Notes: generated by a model from the sequence alone, not told the origin. 62,192 nucleotides of DNA, filler included, from an uncultured bacterium (GCA_964371695.1; 13 parts of 13 records of this genome joined end to end with filler, not necessarily neighbours in it); one strand, 5' to 3'; shown: positions 38,001 to 48,078, counted from the whole stretch's first letter. Numbers and translations: made by a program.

Positions 38001-38470
38001 GCCTTATAGGCGATGTAGGGCAGGCGCGGCAGATAATAACCCACCCACGCCCCCAGCGCCCTGGCGTATCGGTGGCCCGACACCGTGGTGTCCAGCACCT
38101 GGGGAACACCCGACCGGAAGCCGCCGTCCAGCAGTTGATAGGTTTCCAGCACGCCCCGCTGGTTGAACCAGTCCAGCGTCTGCTGAAAAGCCAGCGGGCC
38201 GCCCAGCCGCCAGGGCAGGTCCACTTGCTGCGCGAGTTCTTCTTCAAGCCGGCTCAGCGCTTCGCCGCCATCTGGCGACAGGGCCTGCTGTCGCAGCCGG
38301 GAATAGTTCCCCAGGTCCAGCGGCGGGTCTTCCTCCAGCGCGGCGATGTCCCTCAGCAGCCGCACCAGCGCGCCGTAGTGCGCCAGACTCCAGTGCGGGT
38401 CCAGCACCCGCACCTCCAGCGTGCCCAGGCGTTTGGCCAATATCAAATCCTGAAACCGGTGGGTGTAACT
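37985..38470 (-). CDS. Glutamate-cysteine ligase family 2 (GCS2)-like protein, C-terminal part
   Basis: RFQDLILAKRLGTLEVRVLDP resembles the GCS2 D....GT.E.R..D motif; 5' truncated. Confidence 0.5.
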   Translation of the reverse strand, partial: SYTHRFQDLILAKRLGTLEVRVLDPHWSLAHYGALVRLLRDIAALEEDPPLDLGNYSRLRQQALSPDGGEALSRLEEELAQQVDLPWRLGGPLAFQQTLDWFNQRGVLETYQLLDGGFRSGVPQVLDTTVSGHRYARALGAWVGYYLPRLPYIAYKAWREN

Positions 38471-38631
38471 GNNNNNNNNNNNNNNNNNNNNNNNNNNNNN
38501 NNNNNNNNNNNNNNNTTAATTAATTAANNNNNNNNNNNNNNNNNNNNNNNNNNNNNNNNNNNNNNNNNNNNGGGCAAAGCCCCCCATTTCCACCTATGAA
38601 AATCTTTTTTCCGCAGACTTTTAAAAATTCG

Positions 38632-39951
38632 TTAATCCGCCGCAGGCACAATGCGGTTGCGACCTGCGGATTTGGCCTCGTAGAGCCTTTTGTCGGCCAG
38701 GGCCACCAGGGCGTCTTTGTCCACCCCGTCGCGGGGGGCCATGGACACGCCGCCACTGAAGGTGACCCGGATGCCCGGCACCAGTTCGCGTCCCGCCACG
38801 GTTTCCCGCACGCGCTCCAGCGCCCGCAGGGCGTCTTCGGGCGTGGATTCCAGCATGATGATCACAAACTCTTCGCCGCCGTAGCGCGCCACCACGTCCA
38901 TGTCCCGCAGTTGCTGTTTGAGCAGGGCCACGAAACCTTGCAGTACGCGGTCGCCGGATTGATGGCCGTAGCGGTCGTTCACCGCCTTGAAATGGTCCAG
39001 GTCCAGCATGGCGACGCAGAAAGGTTTGCGGGTGCGTTTGTAGCGGTTGATTTCTTCGGTGAGGCGCTCTTGCAGATAGCGGTGATTGAATGCCCCGGTG
39101 AGGCCGTCGCGCAGGGCCAGGTTTTTGAACAGTCGTGTGCGTTCCAGAATGGCCGACACGCGGGCCAGGAGTTCCGCCGGGGCAAAGGGTTTGGCCAGAT
39201 AATCGGTGGCCCCGGCCTGAAAGCCCTGAATACGGTCGCCCAGTTCGGCTTTTACCGACACCAGGATGATGGGCGTGAGTTCCCCTGCGCTGTCGCGGCG
39301 AATGCGCCGGGCCACCTCAAAACCGTTGGTCTGCCCCAGCACCACGTCCAGAATGATCAGGTCGGGCTGGGTGTCTTTCATCAGTTGCACCGTTTTTTCC
39401 GGGTCCATGGTGCTGAGCACTTCATAACCGCCAGTTTTCAGCACTTCTTCAATCACAAACAGGCTCACCCGGTCGTCGTCTACCACCAGCACCCGCACGG
39501 GATTGGCCTTTTCTTCGGCGCTGGCGGCGCCCTGGCCGGGTTTGAGCAGACCTTCCAGTTCCTTGAGCAGGGCGTGGTCGGCCCGCAACGGGTGGCCTTC
39601 GCTGTGGCCCTTCACTGCCGTGAGCGCGCTCTGGTGCGACCGCTCGATCAAGCCTTCTTTCAAGGCCGACACGCAGGCTGGCGGCAGTGTGCCCTGTGTG
39701 GCCTGACTCAGCAGTTCCTCCAGCATGTGAAAAAGCCCGGTGAGCGGGTGAAACCCCACCAGCCCGGCCGCGCCCGCAATGCCGTGATAACGCCGGGCTT
39801 GGTTCTCCAGTGCTTCCCTGTCGTTGGCATCCAGGGCGGCGGCAACCTCGGCGACAGCGGGCAGAGAGGCTTGCAGCTCTTCATAAAAAAGACCCTGCAC
39901 ACGGTCCAGAAAGGCGTCGCTCAACATGGGGAGGCGGCCATTATCTTTCAC
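38632..39951 (-). CDS. Hpt-REC-GGDEF diguanylate cyclase
   Basis: Hpt YHGIAGAAG; REC VLVVDDD..DLIILD..KPF; DLDHFKAVND, RDMD I-site, GGEEF. Confidence 0.93.
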   Translation of the reverse strand: MKDNGRLPMLSDAFLDRVQGLFYEELQASLPAVAEVAAALDANDREALENQARRYHGIAGAAGLVGFHPLTGLFHMLEELLSQATQGTLPPACVSALKEGLIERSHQSALTAVKGHSEGHPLRADHALLKELEGLLKPGQGAASAEEKANPVRVLVVDDDRVSLFVIEEVLKTGGYEVLSTMDPEKTVQLMKDTQPDLIILDVVLGQTNGFEVARRIRRDSAGELTPIILVSVKAELGDRIQGFQAGATDYLAKPFAPAELLARVSAILERTRLFKNLALRDGLTGAFNHRYLQERLTEEINRYKRTRKPFCVAMLDLDHFKAVNDRYGHQSGDRVLQGFVALLKQQLRDMDVVARYGGEEFVIIMLESTPEDALRALERVRETVAGRELVPGIRVTFSGGVSMAPRDGVDKDALVALADKRLYEAKSAGRNRIVPAAD

Positions 39952-39991
39952 CGACGGCTAAACACCAACCAGTAAAAGCCCAAATGTGTTT

Positions 39992-41248
39992 TTACCGCAC
40001 ATCAAACGAAGGCCGCACCCGCGTGGGGGGGCCAAGGCAGAAATCCTGTGTGAAAACTGTTTTGGGAAAACGAATGGCCCGGCGCGACCAGACAGGTTTC
40101 TCAAAAATACATTCCTTGGTCAGGTTGTGGGCGATTCCCAGGTTCGGCCCCCGCATCAGCGACAGGCCAATCACGTCCACGGCGGCGTTTTCGGGATAAA
40201 GCTGCCCGGCGGCGGCCTGCACCTGAGCGAAAAACTTTTTGCGGAAGGTTTTGTCGTCAAAGGCTTTTTGCTGAAGCCGGACCTTCACCAGCCAGCCCCG
40301 GCGGGTGGGGCTGCTGAACCCCTGGCGGATGCCGGTGAAAAACACCTCGGTTTCCAGCACGCCCGGCTGGCGGCGCAGGTCTTCGGCCAGCACACCGCCC
40401 TTGGGGTTGTCCTGCCAATAAAGGTAACGGGTCACCGCCGTGCCCTGGGGCGTGAGGGTGAGGGGACCCAGCAGCAGAAACCCGTTTTTGTCTCTGGGCA
40501 GAAAAGGCAGAAAAAATCCGCTGAAAAGCAGGGTGTAGAAAACCGCCACGCCCAACGCCAGCAGGTTCATTTTTTTGCGCAGGCGGCCCTTGCGGGGCCA
40601 GATTTCGTTGTGCCAGCCACCGCTGGTAAAGCGCTCCAGGCCCTCGCGCTGAATCACATAAAGCCCGCACACCCGGTCGTGCCACGCCTGTTTCAGGGGG
40701 TCCATCATGGAGCCGTTCAACAACCACGCCGCCAAAGTGAACAGCACCATGAAAAGCAGCAGCCCCTGGGCCGGAGAAAAAACGTGCCCGGCAAACTGCA
40801 CCAGCGAGGGCACGTTCAGCACCGTGGCCAGCAACAGGCCCCGCAGGGCGGCATGGCCCCAGCCGGGGGGCGTCCCTTTTTCGTCAATCAGATACAACTG
40901 CAGCAGGCGTTTGCCGGGGCTGCGGCCACGGGTAAGGGGAGACGACATAAGGAAAAAGAAGAAGAAAGAAAGCCAAAAGCCCGCCAGCCAGGCCCTTGGC
41001 CCCATGGCCTCCAGGGGAATCAGAAAAATCCCCTGCACCAGACCCGCCAGAAAAGTGAGCACGATGGCGTCTATCAGCAGGGCGGGTACCCGCAGCATGA
41101 AACCGGCGGCCACGCGGATTTTGAGGGGGTGGAACTCCGGCAGGTCTTCCTGGGGAATCTCTGTTTCTTCTTCGCCTGAGTCAGCATGTGGTGCGATGCT
41201 CAGGCGCTCGGCGTCTGCACCCGCAGGTTTTTCTTCTCCCTCAGACAT
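39992..41248 (-). CDS. RDD family membrane protein with C-terminal extension
   Basis: AGFMLRVPALLID, GRSPGKRLL, KQAWHDRVCG. Confidence 0.8.
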   Translation of the reverse strand: MSEGEEKPAGADAERLSIAPHADSGEEETEIPQEDLPEFHPLKIRVAAGFMLRVPALLIDAIVLTFLAGLVQGIFLIPLEAMGPRAWLAGFWLSFFFFFLMSSPLTRGRSPGKRLLQLYLIDEKGTPPGWGHAALRGLLLATVLNVPSLVQFAGHVFSPAQGLLLFMVLFTLAAWLLNGSMMDPLKQAWHDRVCGLYVIQREGLERFTSGGWHNEIWPRKGRLRKKMNLLALGVAVFYTLLFSGFFLPFLPRDKNGFLLLGPLTLTPQGTAVTRYLYWQDNPKGGVLAEDLRRQPGVLETEVFFTGIRQGFSSPTRRGWLVKVRLQQKAFDDKTFRKKFFAQVQAAAGQLYPENAAVDVIGLSLMRGPNLGIAHNLTKECIFEKPVWSRRAIRFPKTVFTQDFCLGPPTRVRPSFDVR

Positions 41249-41288
41249 GGCGCGGATTATAAGGAGCGCGGCTCAGTCCGCCCGAAAA

Positions 41289-41750
41289 TCAGGCCTGGGG
41301 TTGGGTTTCGCTGAGAGACTCGGAACTGGCCAGGGACTCTTTTTTGAGCTTCAGGGCTTCTGCCAGATCGGCGATGGTGTTGTCCTTGAGGTAACGCAAA
41401 ATCCGCTGGCGCAGACCTTTGAACATGTCGTGCATGGGGCAGGGCACGTCGTCGCGGCATTGCTCCAGACCCACGGCGCAGCGTTCTTCCAGGCTCAGGT
41501 GCTCGATGGCATGCACCACGTCGTAAAGGGTGATCTGGTTGGCGGGGCGGTCCAGTTGAAAACCGCCGGTGGGGCCGCGAAAACTGCGCACCAGACCAGC
41601 CCGACAAAGGTTCTGGAGAATCTTGGCCAGAAAGTGGGCGGGAAGGCTCTCTGCCTGGGCGATGTCCTTGACCATGCTGGTGCGGTCAGAGTGAATGGCC
41701 AGATAGGTGAGGGCGCGGAAGGCGTATTCACTGGATTTTGAATAAATCAC
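41289..41750 (-). CDS. Rrf2 family (Fe-S) transcriptional regulator
   Basis: SEYAFRALTYLA, FLAKILQNL..GLVRSFRGPTGGF, C-x6-C-x5-C-x2-H. Confidence 0.92.
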   Translation of the reverse strand: MIYSKSSEYAFRALTYLAIHSDRTSMVKDIAQAESLPAHFLAKILQNLCRAGLVRSFRGPTGGFQLDRPANQITLYDVVHAIEHLSLEERCAVGLEQCRDDVPCPMHDMFKGLRQRILRYLKDNTIADLAEALKLKKESLASSESLSETQPQA

Positions 41751-41830
41751 GGTGCGCGCATCATGACCCAATTTTTATTTCAATGCAAACGGGGGAAACA
41801 ATCGTTAATAAACCGGGTTATTATTCGCCC

Positions 41831-42586
41831 ATGTCTTTGGCAGCCGCCATCCATGGCTTCCAGTCGGGCGAGGCCCCGCTGGAGACCCTGCTGGAAACCC
41901 TTCTGGGTATTGAAGGGTTTTATCTGCTGGGACAAAGCCAGGGAGAAGACGGCAGCGTGATGCCCGCTTTGGTCAAGGTGGACAACGTGGTGATGGGGGT
42001 GCTGCTGAGCGAACCCGGCGCGGCGGTGGAGGCTGGTGAGCGCTTGGGTCTGTTTGAAGAAGGCATTCAGGTGCATGCCATGGAAATCCCGCGGGATCAC
42101 CTCTTTCCCATCCTTCAGGCGGCGGGCGCGGCGGGGCTGGTGTTCAATCTGGGGCGCGAAGACGAAGAAGCGGTGATTGGCCCCGACCTGTTCGGTTTTC
42201 TGGCCGCCGAGGCCGCCCTGGAGGATTTGGCCGCCCTGTCGGCCCTGCTGGTGTGGATTGTGCCCCACGAGGGCAAACCCATGCTGCACGTGCACACCGG
42301 CGCGGGGCGGGAACTGGTGCCGGTTTTCAGCCGCGAGGAATATGCCGAGGTTTACCGTCAGGGCCTCTTCAACGCCAACCGGCAGTTGCCCCCCGAAGAC
42401 CGCACGACCCTGGACATCGAGGCCGAATCAGCCCACGTGTTGCCCATGCCCATGGGGCATCTGGTGCAGCACCTGCTTGGCAGCAGCGCCCTGGGCGTGA
42501 TGGTGGACCCCGGCCAGCCCACCGCCCTGTTGCTGGTGCGGCCGCAACTGGAAAAACTGAAACAAAGGCTGGATGAAAAACTGTGA
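41831..42586 (+). CDS. Hypothetical protein with two SseB-like repeats
   Basis: AAGLVFNLG and VPVFSREE...ALGVMVDPG units. Confidence 0.55.
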   Translation: MSLAAAIHGFQSGEAPLETLLETLLGIEGFYLLGQSQGEDGSVMPALVKVDNVVMGVLLSEPGAAVEAGERLGLFEEGIQVHAMEIPRDHLFPILQAAGAAGLVFNLGREDEEAVIGPDLFGFLAAEAALEDLAALSALLVWIVPHEGKPMLHVHTGAGRELVPVFSREEYAEVYRQGLFNANRQLPPEDRTTLDIEAESAHVLPMPMGHLVQHLLGSSALGVMVDPGQPTALLLVRPQLEKLKQRLDEKL

Positions 42587-43236
42587 GTTTCCACGGAAAG
42601 AAAGTCATCACCGGTCTGGCTCTGGCGGGCTTTGGTGTGCTTTTGCTGGCCATTGGCCCGGTTTATGCCTCTCTCGCGCTCACCGCCATCATTCTGGTGG
42701 GGCTGAAGGAATATTACGAAACCGTCCGCAGCAAAAACTTCAACCCCATTCCGCTTTATGGTTATGCCGTGGCAGTGGCCTTTGTGGCGGTGGCGCTGTG
42801 GACCGTGATGATCAACCGGGTGGACCTGAACGCCGCCGTGTTTGGCCAAGTGTGTACCGGCGCGGTGATTCTGATTCTGCTCATTCAGCTTTACGCCGCC
42901 GCCACGGGCCGGCCGCCGCCTTCGTTTGCCGACCTGGCGGTGACGCTTTTTGGCAGCATTTATGTTGGCGGGCTGCTGAGTTACACCGTGTTGTTGTGGG
43001 GCCTGGGCATCGCGGCTTTTCCAGAGGACCCCTTCAAGAACAGCCTGGTGCTGTTCCTGGGGCTTTGGGGGGCGTTTGGTGTGGACAGCGGGGCCTATCT
43101 GTCGGGCAAGGCCTTTGGAAAAAACAAGATGATTCCCCGCGTCAGCCCCAACAAAACCTGGGAGGGCGCGCTGGGGGGCCTGTTTGTGGGGGTGCTGGGC
43201 ACCTTATTGGTGGGACGGGGGGGGCTGGGGATTCCG
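42583..43236 (+). CDS. cdsA: Phosphatidate cytidylyltransferase (3' truncated)
   Basis: DSGAYLSGKAFGKNKMIPRVSPNKTWEGALGG. Confidence 0.93.
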
Positions 43237-43337
43237 NNNNNNNNNNNNNNNNNNNNNNNNNNNNNNNNNNNNNNNNNNNNTTAATTAATTAANNNNNNNN
43301 NNNNNNNNNNNNNNNNNNNNNNNNNNNNNNNNNNNNC

Positions 43338-43568
43338 GACCCGCAGGGGGGTGTCACGCGGCATCCCATGAGTGAAACCTGGCCCCTGGAAATGCTGAAC
43401 ACCCTGACCTTTGAAGAAAATAACGGCAAGACCACCCTCACCCTGCGGGGAGCGGCCATCAACGCCACCGAGGCCGAGCGCCAGACCTTTGAAGGCGGCT
43501 TTGACAGCATGCGCCAGGGCTTTGGCGGCACGATGGACCAACTGGAGACCTACTTGCTGAAGGCATGA
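43338..43568 (+). CDS. SRPBCC/AHSA1-like domain protein, C-terminal part
   Basis: GGVTRHPMSETWPLEMLNTLTFEENNGKTTLTL...MRQGFGGTMDQLETYL. Confidence 0.8.
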   Translation, partial: DPQGGVTRHPMSETWPLEMLNTLTFEENNGKTTLTLRGAAINATEAERQTFEGGFDSMRQGFGGTMDQLETYLLKA

Positions 43569-43612
43569 CCCGGCAGGGAATTTCCAGCGGCGGATGCGCA
43601 TAATATTGGTAC

Positions 43613-44056
43613 ATGAAACACCTGCACCCCGAATGGATGGAAAAAATCCAGCATGTGATGCAGCAGGCCAACTTTATCAACGACCTGGGGATAACCCTGA
43701 GCGGTGTGGGGCCGGGCTGGTGCGAAACCACGCTTGAGATAACTCCCCGCCACTGGCAGCACCATGGCCTGCTTCACGCGGGGGTGAGCGCCACCATGGC
43801 TGATCACACCGCCGGGGCCGCCGCCTCAACCGTGGTGCCGGCCGGTCAGGCGGTGCTCACCGTGGAATTCAAACACCACCTGCTCAGGCCGGGGGTGGGG
43901 GAATCGCTGCGGTGCCGGGCCACGGTGCTCAAACCCGGCCGCATGTTGTGTGTGGTCGAGGCCGAGGTATTCGCCATTCATCAGGGCCAGGAAACCCTCA
44001 TCACCAAAACCCTGGCCACCATGGCCGTGGTGCCAGAGCCGCCTGAGGCGGCCTGA
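43613..44056 (+). CDS. PaaI family thioesterase
   Basis: QHHGLLHAGVSATMADHTAGAAA, LTVEFK..LLRP. Confidence 0.9.
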   Translation: MKHLHPEWMEKIQHVMQQANFINDLGITLSGVGPGWCETTLEITPRHWQHHGLLHAGVSATMADHTAGAAASTVVPAGQAVLTVEFKHHLLRPGVGESLRCRATVLKPGRMLCVVEAEVFAIHQGQETLITKTLATMAVVPEPPEAA

Positions 44057-44348
44057 AGTCGGGTTTGGGTGTGAAACTATGCGTCTTCAATTGGCGTAAA
44101 GCTTTTTAGAGCGTTTTCGGAAATGGTAGAGCATTCGCTGAGGCTTCATGTCCAAACCTTGACCAACCCGCCCTGGGGTGACCCCCACACCGGGGGGGAC
44201 GTGTTTTTTTTTTTTTATATTTAAAAAAAATATTTTTNNNNNNNNNNAAACCCTGGCCCCCCCCCCCGACATCCCCCCCACCGGGGTAATGACGCCAGCC
44301 AAGGCGGGGCTTTCAGACGATGCATGACTCACCCATTTCGAAAACGCT

Positions 44349-45080
44349 CTAGAAAAATCCAGCCGATGCGGCCTTTAAGAGGGCGACGCCAATTCGGCCT
44401 TCCAGATTTGGGTATTGGTGCTCGTGTGCCTGCCTGTACATGCTGATTGGCACATCCTGCTCAAGATATTCACCAATACCTTTCACCTTCATGATGCCAA
44501 ACCCTCCCGACATATCGAAAGAAAGTGAAAATGGAAAAGAGCCTTTTGGAACATTTCCTGATTCCATGACAATGGTTTCAAGGCTTCCCAGGGGGAGATC
44601 GCCTTTTCCATCCACTTGCCATACGCCCGCCCTCCTGCCTGGCCCGCCAAATCCCATGGTGCAGGTGAGGGAAGCCCCCAGAATTTCTCCCATTGGAAGC
44701 AGGGCTTCCTCCCACCAATTTTTCGGGGGCGTTTCATCTCCCAGCCAGCAGGCGCGGCCGTGCCATTGAACGATCTTGCCCAGGGCATTCTCACGGACAA
44801 TCTTTTTGGCTTTTTGAACAGGCTCAAAATAGGCCCAGGGGTTCACCGTTTTGATGTGAGTCGGCAAATCGGGAAGCCGGGGAAAAACCCGCACGGGGCC
44901 TTTCCATGTCATAACCTGCTTCAGTTCCGCCGCGTTGGGATAGATCGCCAATAGGGGAAGGTTTTTTTGAATGTCGTCCTGTGGACCAAAAATCTGGACA
45001 TCTGCCTGAACAGGTTGCCAAGCATCCTCAGCCAGGCTCCGGGCATAGCCGCCTCCACCAAGAATTGCTAATTTTTTCAT
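44349..45080 (-). CDS. Degenerate Gfo/Idh/MocA-like protein
   Basis: KKLAILGGGGYA; YFEPVQKAKKIVRENALGKI parallels YYPPFQKLKALMEDGAIGEP of the neighbouring gene. Confidence 0.55.
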   Translation of the reverse strand: MKKLAILGGGGYARSLAEDAWQPVQADVQIFGPQDDIQKNLPLLAIYPNAAELKQVMTWKGPVRVFPRLPDLPTHIKTVNPWAYFEPVQKAKKIVRENALGKIVQWHGRACWLGDETPPKNWWEEALLPMGEILGASLTCTMGFGGPGRRAGVWQVDGKGDLPLGSLETIVMESGNVPKGSFPFSLSFDMSGGFGIMKVKGIGEYLEQDVPISMYRQAHEHQYPNLEGRIGVALLKAASAGFF

Positions 45081-45358
45081 GGTAAGTACCCCTCGTCCAG
45101 GTTCATTTGACCATAGATAAATATGGTCAATTCTTCCTCACTGGAATCATTTAAAAATCTTTTGAAGAGACTGCGGTTGTCGTCACTTTTGGCCAAAGCG
45201 TCAACAATTTCAGTTAAAAGAGATTGTCCGCCTGGAATGTTGTCGAGTATTTTTTTTATGGCTTGAATCGCAACAGGGTTGTCCAACATTCCTTCTTGAA
45301 AGGTTTTAAGCACCTTGACCAGAAAGTTGATTGACTGATATTGGTAAGAGGTTTTCAT
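45077..45358 (-). CDS. Small helical hypothetical protein
   Basis: 93 aa; ATGA overlaps with both neighbours. Confidence 0.6.
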   Translation of the reverse strand: MKTSYQYQSINFLVKVLKTFQEGMLDNPVAIQAIKKILDNIPGGQSLLTEIVDALAKSDDNRSLFKRFLNDSSEEELTIFIYGQMNLDEGYLP

Positions 45359-46491
45359 CGAGTTTCCTCCATGATGAAATCATCAACGATAATTTCTTTT
45401 CCATCCTCATCACTGCTTCTCTTTGCAGCCTCGGACAGGGCCTGGACATAGAGGCCGCTCTCGCCGGTGAGCAAGGGTGAGTTTCCGGTGCGGAGGTTCT
45501 CCAGGAAAGTATTCGAAGCCACAAGGAAGCTGTCCTGAAATGTGTCTGGCAAGTGATGAAACACCTGGGAAACGCCCTTGCGGTAAAGTCGCAATGTCGG
45601 GATCCCCCCGCGTGGCGTTGTGCAACGGGTCATCAGCAGTTGGCCCTCGGTGCCTGTTACTTCCAACATTTCGTCGGCCGCGAACTGGTCGCTTTTCATG
45701 GTCATGCCCATGGTGGGCGCCGCATCAAAAACACCCACGCGGTCGTTTTTGAAATTAAAAAAAACGGCAAAGGGAAGATCCCACACCCCAAAAGCTTTGC
45801 GGACCCTTGCGCGAATGGAGTGAACCGGGCCAAACAGCGAGTAGAGCATGCTGAAGTTGTGATAACCATGATCAAAAAGTGCAACACCACCGCCCCCCTT
45901 TTTGGGTTGCAATCGCCAAAACCACATGCCCACTGGCGTATGCCATCCCCCGGCGCAACCACCCAGATGCGCCCGCACGGACAAAGGCTCCCCGATGGCG
46001 CCGTCTTCCATCAGCGCCTTTAATTTTTGGAAAGGCGGGTAATAAATGTAGTTTTCCAAAATGCTGAGGGTTACTCCTGCTTCCTGGGTGGCAGAAACGA
46101 TTTCTTGGCACTCTTTCAAATTGAGCGCCATGGGTTTTTGAAGGCTCACATGCTTCCCTGCTTTGGCCGCAGCCACAGCCAGATCTTTGTGCGTGTGGTG
46201 GGGGGTCAGGATTTCCACTGCGTCTACGTCAGAGTCGTTCAGAATATCGTGGAAGTCAGTGGTCCACCGTTTTGCGCCCCATTCCTCCGCCCGCTTCCGA
46301 GCAACGTTTTCATTCACATCAGCAACCCATGTGAGTTTGGCATGGGGATGCCGACGGTAAACCGTTGCGTGCATATCGCTGATGCGTCCACAGCCAATCA
46401 TTCCAACTGAGATATTTTTTTTGAGGCTAACTGCTCCACGGGCAGTTCCTGCAATTTGAACATTGGTTTCAGATGTTGCTGTTTTTTTCAT
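45355..46491 (-). CDS. Gfo/Idh/MocA family oxidoreductase
   Basis: VGMIGCGRIS, DVDAVEILTPHHTH, GKHVSLQKPMA, GGVALFDHGYH. Confidence 0.92.
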   Translation of the reverse strand: MKKTATSETNVQIAGTARGAVSLKKNISVGMIGCGRISDMHATVYRRHPHAKLTWVADVNENVARKRAEEWGAKRWTTDFHDILNDSDVDAVEILTPHHTHKDLAVAAAKAGKHVSLQKPMALNLKECQEIVSATQEAGVTLSILENYIYYPPFQKLKALMEDGAIGEPLSVRAHLGGCAGGWHTPVGMWFWRLQPKKGGGGVALFDHGYHNFSMLYSLFGPVHSIRARVRKAFGVWDLPFAVFFNFKNDRVGVFDAAPTMGMTMKSDQFAADEMLEVTGTEGQLLMTRCTTPRGGIPTLRLYRKGVSQVFHHLPDTFQDSFLVASNTFLENLRTGNSPLLTGESGLYVQALSEAAKRSSDEDGKEIIVDDFIMEETR

Positions 46492-46588
46492 GGATGGGCC
46501 CTTTCACAATTTGTGGTGTCTGTGTGTAAAAATGTGGATGTGCGTTGGTTCTCTCCGCGCCCAGTGGAAATAAAAGACGGGCGCACTT

Positions 46589-47389
46589 TCAATTTTTGTT
46601 CTTTGTCATTTGGGTGACGCGCTGCCACCAAGCCATCTGGGCCAAGTCCTCATCCTTTAGAAAAGGCCCTTCGTTCCGCATGGTTTCCACCACGCCCCAA
46701 GCCTCTTCCAGCAAGTCCTCCGGCGCACCCCAGCCGAGGAGCAGTCCCTTCAGGACGGATTCCTCCACCAGTTCAGGGTCATAAACTTCGGCATTGAAAC
46801 GCTGAATGGACGCGGCGGACAACACGCCTTGCCAACTGGCCCACGCCCCAACGGCTCTGTCCTTCGCTGGTCCGGACTTGAGCGCGCCTATCCGTTGCGC
46901 CTGCTCAAAATAAATGAGCACCCCCATGAGGGAGGGCGCCACCATCTCACTGATGCGACGGGCATCCTCCGGTGTCAGCCACGTTTGATTCTGGGTGAGC
47001 ATTTGAGAGATCAGGCGAAATTGTGCCGGGTGCTTTTTGGTGATCTCCTGATACAGCCTTCCCAAAATCAAAAGGTGCGCCAATGAACTGGTCTTGGGGG
47101 GCAGGCTGACCAGCGCCGGTTTTGCCGCCATGCTCTTCACGCCCATTTCCATCATGTCGAAAAAGGCGCCGATGATGCCCACCTGCAAGGCTCCCAGCAG
47201 GGCATCCCTCGACGGGAAATACCTGTAAAGCGCACTGGAGGTGTAACCGAGCATCCCCGCCAGCTTGGGGGTGCTGAACCCTTGCAGCCCCTCCTCCTGG
47301 AGTAAGGAAATCGCGTTATCCAGAATCCAGGCCAATCGAGCCTTGCGTTCCGTTTCCCTGCGGTGAGACATGACGTCATTTTTATCCAT
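46589..47389 (-). CDS. TetR/AcrR family regulator
   Basis: ILDNAISLLQEEGLQGFSTPKLAGMLGYTSSALYRYFPSRDALL. Confidence 0.92.
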   Translation of the reverse strand: MDKNDVMSHRRETERKARLAWILDNAISLLQEEGLQGFSTPKLAGMLGYTSSALYRYFPSRDALLGALQVGIIGAFFDMMEMGVKSMAAKPALVSLPPKTSSLAHLLILGRLYQEITKKHPAQFRLISQMLTQNQTWLTPEDARRISEMVAPSLMGVLIYFEQAQRIGALKSGPAKDRAVGAWASWQGVLSAASIQRFNAEVYDPELVEESVLKGLLLGWGAPEDLLEEAWGVVETMRNEGPFLKDEDLAQMAWWQRVTQMTKNKN

Positions 47390-47394
47390 GAAGT

Positions 47395-47417
47395 TAACTA
47401 TAGTTATAGGCTATAAC
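47395..47417. promoter_or_regulatory. Putative TetR operator overlapping its -10 box
   Basis: Overlapping palindromes TAACTATAGTTA (47395-47406) and GTTATAG-G-CTATAAC (47403-47417). Confidence 0.55.
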
Positions 47418-47592
47418 AAAAGCAACATCCATTTCTTACCTCCGTGTTGGGGCGCTTCATTTGTACCATCTTTCACACACAGGAGCGAAAACGCAAAACG
47501 CCGCAAATTCTGTAAACCAATTGACGCTTCTGCTGGATGTTGTATGGGAAAGGGGCGTTTTTAAGGCCAAAAACCGTGTGTAAGCAGAAGAC

Positions 47593-47619
47593 TTAACTTG
47601 GCCCGGTTCTTGCCGATAA
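47593..47619 (+). promoter_or_regulatory. sigma28 (FliA)-type promoter
   Basis: TTAA-N15-GCCGATAA versus consensus TAAA-N15-GCCGATAA, directly before a flagellar gene. Confidence 0.7.
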
Positions 47620-47628
47620 CTTTTTAAG

Positions 47629-47976
47629 ATGGCGAATGCGCATTCCAATCTGGCTGGTCTTGCGCCCGGGCGAACAGCCCCGGTCGCCCGGCCTGTGGCC
47701 AAAAACACGGCAGGTGCGGCCGCCGGACCCAGCTTCAGTGAGTTCCTCAAGGCAGCCACGCTGGAAGCCGCTCCACTCACCTTCAGCACCCACGCCGCCA
47801 AAAGACTCGCCCAGCGCAACATCCAGTTCAGCCCTGATCAAATGGCCCGCCTGCAGGCCGCGCTCAACAAAGTGCGCGCCAAGGGCAGCCGCGAAAGCCT
47901 GTTCCTCACGCCCGATGCCGCTTTGGTGGTGGGTGTGAAGCAGGGCATCGTCATCACCGCCATGGACCGCAACGAC
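47629..47976 (+). CDS. Flagellar operon protein (TIGR02530 family), 3' truncated
   Basis: SFSEFL, LTFSTHAAKRLAQRNI, KGSRESL, VITAMD. Confidence 0.85.
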
Positions 47977-48078
47977 CNNNNNNNNNNNNNNNNNNNNNNN
48001 NNNNNNNNNNNNNNNNNNNNNTTAATTAATTAANNNNNNNNNNNNNNNNNNNNNNNNNNNNNNNNNNNNNNNNNNNNG

